Shown here piece by piece: positions 60,129-64,000 of a DNA stretch of 64,000 bases. Origin of the DNA: a virus. A program made the translations under genes and the position numbers. The notes under the pieces were generated by a model. The model saw nothing but the letters and a program-made list of their open reading frames with translations. It was not told the origin of the DNA and searched no databases. Location of the stretch: the IMG/VR virus record IMGVR_UViG_3300045988_054045, one strand, 5' to 3'. The first letter of the stretch is position 1. Each line of letters opens with the position of its first letter.

Positions 60129-61109
60129 TTAGATTTGTATAATTTGATAGGCATATGTCATAGGGTCTAAGAAGGATATAATAGTTGCTTCATTAACCTT
60201 ATGAATGGTTTTGGTAATTGTCATTGATAAACTAGTATCACCGATAGGAAATACTTTATTATATAATGAGCCTTCCATGTAACATACATTCTCATTAAAC
60301 ATATTATTAACTGAGTTCCACCTTAAAGTTGTATCATGGCAACCTCTAAGGAATGTGTTACCTTTGCAGTCAGCTTCCAATACATTGTCATATGTATCTC
60401 CCAAGAATATGTTGTTAGTACATCCTTGCTTTAGTTCATTGTGCTTAGTATTGTGTAATTCTGAACTATCAGTAATAACCCCTCCAGTTAAATCTGAGAA
60501 TGTATAAAAGTCTCCATATGCCGCCCCAAGATTAAGATTAGTATTATCTAATTCTTCAGCCGTTCTTCTAAACTTTATATTCTTAAAGTCATAGTGTGCT
60601 GAGTTGTAATGATTGTCTCTAAGAAATGTTATTTTGCCCTTAGTAGTAACACCATCTTCGAGAGTTTCCTGAGTCGGGTCGTATTCTATAACCCAATCCT
60701 TCATTTTATCATCATCAATAACAACTCTTGGGTCTAATCTATTATTAGTAATAGCTGTAACAATCAGTTTCCAAATAGGTGAGGGGTTAGTGGAGCTGTT
60801 AATGCCCCACGTAACCTTCTGACCAGAACTATTAGTAACATTAGAAGAATATATAGTTTGAAAGTCTGTAATAACATACCTTGCCCCTGTTACTAAACTC
60901 TTCTTACCTATATTGTCATTGAGTACTGCATAGGTGACTTCTAAGGGTTTGGATTGTCCCCCTTCTCCAGTATAATCAATGATACCTATATTCTTTCTCA
61001 GTTGCTCTTGCTCTAACTCAGTTAATCCACCTAATAGGTCTTTCTTCTTGAAATAATTATTCAAATCATGAATACAGGCATAACGTCTTGTATCCCTTTC
61101 TATTGCCAT
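60129..61109 (-). CDS. Hypothetical tail-associated protein (possible beta-helix repeats)
   Basis: 326 aa with a short repeated N.F/N.L pattern (TNNIFLGDTYDNVLEADCKGNTFLRGCHDTTLRWNSVNNMFNENV). Confidence 0.45.
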   Translation of the reverse strand: MAIERDTRRYACIHDLNNYFKKKDLLGGLTELEQEQLRKNIGIIDYTGEGGQSKPLEVTYAVLNDNIGKKSLVTGARYVITDFQTIYSSNVTNSSGQKVTWGINSSTNPSPIWKLIVTAITNNRLDPRVVIDDDKMKDWVIEYDPTQETLEDGVTTKGKITFLRDNHYNSAHYDFKNIKFRRTAEELDNTNLNLGAAYGDFYTFSDLTGGVITDSSELHNTKHNELKQGCTNNIFLGDTYDNVLEADCKGNTFLRGCHDTTLRWNSVNNMFNENVCYMEGSLYNKVFPIGDTSLSMTITKTIHKVNEATIISFLDPMTYAYQIIQI

Positions 61110-61110
61110 G

Positions 61111-61296
61111 TTAATTATTCATTAAGAATTCATATATTCCATCTATCTTATCAAAGTATTGACAAGTCTGAATGAAGGATATTTGGTGGAGAATCATATC
61201 GTAGTTCTCCACATATCCCTTGTTTAACCTTTTGAGGAATTTGTCAAAGTCTTTGATTACTTTCAACTTTAGGTTAGTTATTGCATCCACAACCAC
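61111..61296 (-). CDS. Hypothetical small protein
   Basis: 61-aa ORF packed between neighbours; coding status uncertain. Confidence 0.35.
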   Translation of the reverse strand: MVVDAITNLKLKVIKDFDKFLKRLNKGYVENYDMILHQISFIQTCQYFDKIDGIYEFLMNN

Positions 61297-62068
61297 CTCC
61301 TCCTATAGTATTCTTATCAACCATAACATCTTTACATATTCCTCCACATTGAGTTATGTCTTCTAAGACTCTCTGAGCTTCATAATATTGACCTAACTCA
61401 ATTAGATATTTGATAACATTAATAGCCATCCATATAATATCTCTATTATAGATTAGCATCTTAACATCATCGGTTCTATTCTTACATCTTCCTGGCAAAT
61501 CTCCTAGAAGATTCTTACATAGTCTGTAGAAGCATTCATTAATATGGCAAACACAGAATGTGTTCTTATCACCTCTAATGATAGTAGTAGTCTTCTCAGT
61601 AACTGTAGCTGGAGGCATAGCATTTACCTCTAATATCTCCTCTACTGTTACTGCAATAGACTCTTCATCAACATACTTCATGAATGTTTCAGACTGTGTA
61701 TCATAGTAATAAACAGAATTATAAGCTGTTAGTGCAGTAGGATTTCTATCCAACACATACTTTAACCATACATCAGTTGGTAGTATAATATGTGTAACTT
61801 CATACAGACCATCAATAGGCATCTCTAATTCAGATTCATCAATGCAGTCTATAACGTGTTCTACAACATCATATTTCTGTGTTACTTCGTCTCCAGAAGA
61901 TTTAATGCTTGTTATAGCATTAAGAGTAATAGTTTGGCTGTAGGCATAATTACGAGTACTTACTGTGATTTCACTAGTCTCATTTAAGTACTCGTCATTA
62001 TCCTTTTCCAATCCAGTAATCGTAATACCACAAGCACCTTTCTTGCATATTTTAAATACTGAATCCAT
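61274..62068 (-). CDS. Hypothetical Cys-rich protein
   Basis: 264 aa, ending in GGGGCGCNN, with several Cys pairs. Confidence 0.5.
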   Translation of the reverse strand: MDSVFKICKKGACGITITGLEKDNDEYLNETSEITVSTRNYAYSQTITLNAITSIKSSGDEVTQKYDVVEHVIDCIDESELEMPIDGLYEVTHIILPTDVWLKYVLDRNPTALTAYNSVYYYDTQSETFMKYVDEESIAVTVEEILEVNAMPPATVTEKTTTIIRGDKNTFCVCHINECFYRLCKNLLGDLPGRCKNRTDDVKMLIYNRDIIWMAINVIKYLIELGQYYEAQRVLEDITQCGGICKDVMVDKNTIGGGGCGCNN

Positions 62069-62070
62069 AA

Positions 62071-62448
62071 TTATACATTAAAGTCAGCTCTTACTTTAGT
62101 CTTTATATTTCCTACTAGTGTAAGGTAGTCTAAATATTTCTGTCTATCTGTCTGGTCATCGGATAGTCCTAGAACAATACTATTAGAGCTGTTGATTAAA
62201 TCAAACTCCTCATCTTGGTCTACATACTGCCTAATAATGGCTTTGATGCATTCTTTGTGGTCTGGTTGACCAAACAGATGAACTTGAATATACGTCCACC
62301 TTGTCTCTTGTGTTACCTCTTCAGTCTCAGGGTCAGTAACCTCTACTACTTTAGACTGAATATCATAATTATAGTAATATGTGCCATTACCTAGCTTCTC
62401 TATTGAGTTAGGTTGTACATTCATTTCTATTCTTTTTGGTTCTAACAT
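62071..62448 (-). CDS. Hypothetical acidic protein overlapping the RT 3' end
   Basis: 125-aa ORF whose start overlaps the last 41 nt of the RT gene. It is acidic and beta-rich, so it does not resemble Avd. Confidence 0.45.
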   Translation of the reverse strand: MLEPKRIEMNVQPNSIEKLGNGTYYYNYDIQSKVVEVTDPETEEVTQETRWTYIQVHLFGQPDHKECIKAIIRQYVDQDEEFDLINSSNSIVLGLSDDQTDRQKYLDYLTLVGNIKTKVRADFNV

Positions 62449-63643
62449 AAGGTCTTATTTTAAAATTTACTGGGAATGAATATCTGGTTAGAGAGTAGAA
62501 TAGTTCCCTGCTCTTACTCTCAAAGTAATAAGATTTGTTATTGTATACAAAGTTAACTCTAAAACACTTACTATAGCTAACCATATCCACAACATGAATA
62601 TACTTGTTATAAAATCTAGAAATATTAGACTTCTTCCCGTCCCAATTAGAGAACCTTAAACCTGTATCTCTTTGAATCTTTCTTAACAGATTCTTTGAAT
62701 TACAGAATTTCAGCCAACCAAAATAGGATTGCATTCTCCTTCTTAGTTCTTGTCTGTCTATTTTACCAGTTTGGTATCTACTAACAAGTCTAAATAACCT
62801 AATTTTAATTGACTTTCTCAGTAATACATGGGTGTGATAGAACCTATAGCCAACGAAGTCTATACCTCTAACATCTACTGGGAATATTTGGTAATTTGAT
62901 TTCAACCTTAAATTTAGAACCTCTTTTAAGTACATCTTTATTGCTATGAGTACTCTTCTCAAGAAGTCCTTATCACTGCTGAGAATTACAATATCATCAG
63001 CATACCTGAAGTAGAATTTACATTTTAATTCTTCCTTAACCCAATGGTCAAAGTAAGCTAAGTATAAGTTTGCAAAGAATTGAGAAAGATAGTTTCCAAT
63101 AGGAACGCCGTCTGCTGAATAAATGATTCCGATTAGCAGGATTAATAAATTTTTATCCTTAATCTTACGTTTGATTATATCACACAATATGTCATGGTCA
63201 ATAGAAGGATAAAACTTCTTTACATCCATCTTTAAACAATAGAGTGTTTCATTTGGATGCTTTACCAAAGCTGCTTTTAAATCGTATGCTACATTATGAA
63301 TACCTCTATCCTTAATACAAGAATAAGTTTGCTTGATGAATATCTTAGTCCAGATAGGCTCCATTACATTCATAATAGCATGATGTGTTATTCTATCTGG
63401 ATAGTATGGTAATCTAAATATCAACCTTTCTTTGGGTTCATATATTTTAAATGTACTATACTCAGAAGTTTCATAAACTAAATCTCTTAGCTGTTCTGAA
63501 AGTCTTCTATTCTCTTCCTCTCTGTTCTTATCATGTTTGAGGATTCCCCATCTTACTGATTTATGCTTTCTAGCTTTATCATCTGCTTTCTCAATATTCT
63601 CTATATCATATACCTGTTCATGTAAATAGCCTATACGCTTCAA
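62408..63643 (-). CDS. DGR-type reverse transcriptase
   Basis: RT motifs read in order: KERLIFRLPYYPDRITHHAI, LKMDVKKFYPSIDH, GVPIGNYLSQFFANLYL (nt 63080-63100 encode IGNYLSQ), FRYADDIVILS (YADD at nt 62993-63004), IDFVGYRF. The start is TTG: a TAA lies two codons upstream and there is no in-frame ATG for about 90 codons. Confidence 0.85.
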   Translation of the reverse strand: MKRIGYLHEQVYDIENIEKADDKARKHKSVRWGILKHDKNREEENRRLSEQLRDLVYETSEYSTFKIYEPKERLIFRLPYYPDRITHHAIMNVMEPIWTKIFIKQTYSCIKDRGIHNVAYDLKAALVKHPNETLYCLKMDVKKFYPSIDHDILCDIIKRKIKDKNLLILLIGIIYSADGVPIGNYLSQFFANLYLAYFDHWVKEELKCKFYFRYADDIVILSSDKDFLRRVLIAIKMYLKEVLNLRLKSNYQIFPVDVRGIDFVGYRFYHTHVLLRKSIKIRLFRLVSRYQTGKIDRQELRRRMQSYFGWLKFCNSKNLLRKIQRDTGLRFSNWDGKKSNISRFYNKYIHVVDMVSYSKCFRVNFVYNNKSYYFESKSRELFYSLTRYSFPVNFKIRPYVRTKKNRNECTT

Positions 63644-63717
63644 GTCTTATATATTTATTGTGGAAGCTTTCGAGAATTAACCTACTAACACCCTGTTATT
63701 AAATACTACGTTGTCTT

Positions 63718-63743
63718 TTGCCAAGAGGCAAGGGTGCTGTTTA
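63718..63743 (-). repeat. Spacer stem-loop plus distal arm of a 14-nt inverted repeat bracketing the TR
   Basis: - strand RNA: UAAACAGCACCCUU (63743-63730) is the exact complement of AAGGGUGCUGUUUA (63938-63925). It is immediately followed by the hairpin UUGCC-UCUU-GGCAA (63731-63718). Confidence 0.6.
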
Positions 63744-63782
63744 GACTGTAAAATAAAACAAATTACCTAAAGAAATATATAA

Positions 63783-63938
63783 TAAGCCTACATTAGTATT
63801 AGCATTGCTGACTCCATTATTAGAATTGAAGTAGCTAAGACTAGCATTACTACCATTATTAGCGTTGCTGCTAACGATGAGTGTTTTGTAATAATTTTCT
63901 TGTCCAGCACCAACAGAATATAGGTAAACAGCACCCTT
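63783..63938 (-). repeat. DGR template repeat (TR) candidate, non-coding; 5' boundary uncertain
   Basis: Lies directly upstream of the RT in the same orientation. Stops occur in all frames upstream, and there is no start codon. In the frame set by the VR match it has at least 10 AAY codons within 29 codons (AGC AGC AAC GCT AAT AAT GGT AGT AAT ... AAT ACT AAT GTA GGC). Confidence 0.65.
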
Positions 63939-63966
63939 AATCTCGTATTGTTATCTTATATAATTA

Positions 63967-64000
63967 TTAAACTACTTTATTTAGTGTCCTGAAGCCCACA
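63967..64000 (-). CDS. 3' end of the presumed DGR target gene (partial; ...VGFRTLNKVV*), containing the last bases of the VR
   Basis: Open frame from the window edge to the TAA at 63969-63967. Nt 63991-64000 (+: GAAGCCCACA) aligns to the TR at 63783-63792 (+: TAAGCCTACA) with 8/10 identity, and both mismatches fall at TR adenines on the coding strand. The GFR motif is typical of C-type-lectin-fold VR ends. Confidence 0.5.
   Translation of the reverse strand, partial: VGFRTLNKVV

Larger units (their letters stand above)
62408..64000 (-). mobile_element. Diversity-generating retroelement cassette (target 3' end - TR - spacer - RT), truncated by the window edge
   Basis: Combination of the three features above in the canonical order and orientation. 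Confidence 0.7.

Noticed and set aside
62071-62448. The 125-aa ORF downstream of the RT as Avd
   Set aside because: Avd proteins are small, basic, all-helical bundles usually encoded upstream of the TR. This ORF is acidic, looks beta-rich, and lies downstream of the RT.
62408-63643. RT as a group II intron maturase, retron RT or Abi-type defence RT
   Set aside because: No intron RNA domains, X/En domains or msr/msd-like repeats were seen. The IGNYLSQ motif and the adjacent AAY-rich non-coding repeat point specifically to a DGR.

Overview
By hand analysis, this window is a contiguous piece of a large, AT-rich, tightly packed tailed-phage genome of the crAss-like (Crassvirales-type) kind. The host is probably a Bacteroidota: two intergenic sites match TTTG-N19/20-TAnnTTTG promoters and Shine-Dalgarno sequences are essentially absent. 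Left arm (1-13852, + strand): the last ~7.5 kb of a giant virion-type RNA polymerase ORF, open at the window edge and carrying a DLDID motif. It is followed by a translationally coupled HExxH zincin-motif protein, a ~1566-aa protein with an N-terminal PD-(D/E)XK nuclease motif, and a dNMP kinase. A hairpin terminator closes this arm where the two arms converge. Right arm (13907-64000, - strand): one long structural super-operon read from high to low coordinates. In that order it holds a DGR reverse transcriptase, about 25 kb of tail-fibre and receptor-binding genes, a small autonomous gene unit, and an Amidase_3 endolysin. The fibre genes include a 2576-aa LamG/CotH-like/LRR giant and a 1231-aa LTD plus metallophosphoesterase protein. 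After the endolysin come an acidic scaffold-like protein, the putative major capsid protein, smaller head/connector proteins, two giant tail proteins, a Gly-rich virion protein and a DUF192 protein. Hairpin/U-tract terminators sit directly against the next start codon at several points in this operon. The most interesting element is at the extreme right edge: a diversity-generating retroelement (DGR). It comprises an RT with the IGxxxSQ signature and a non-coding AAY-rich template repeat (TR) bracketed by a 14-nt inverted repeat. It also includes the last 34 nt of the presumed target gene (...VGFRTLNKVV*), whose final 10 visible bases match the TR 3' end with mismatches only at TR adenines. 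The bulk of the variable repeat (VR) must lie beyond nt 64000. I found no tRNA, rRNA, CRISPR array, integrase or transposase. All domain calls rest on motifs read by eye and need HMM or structure confirmation.
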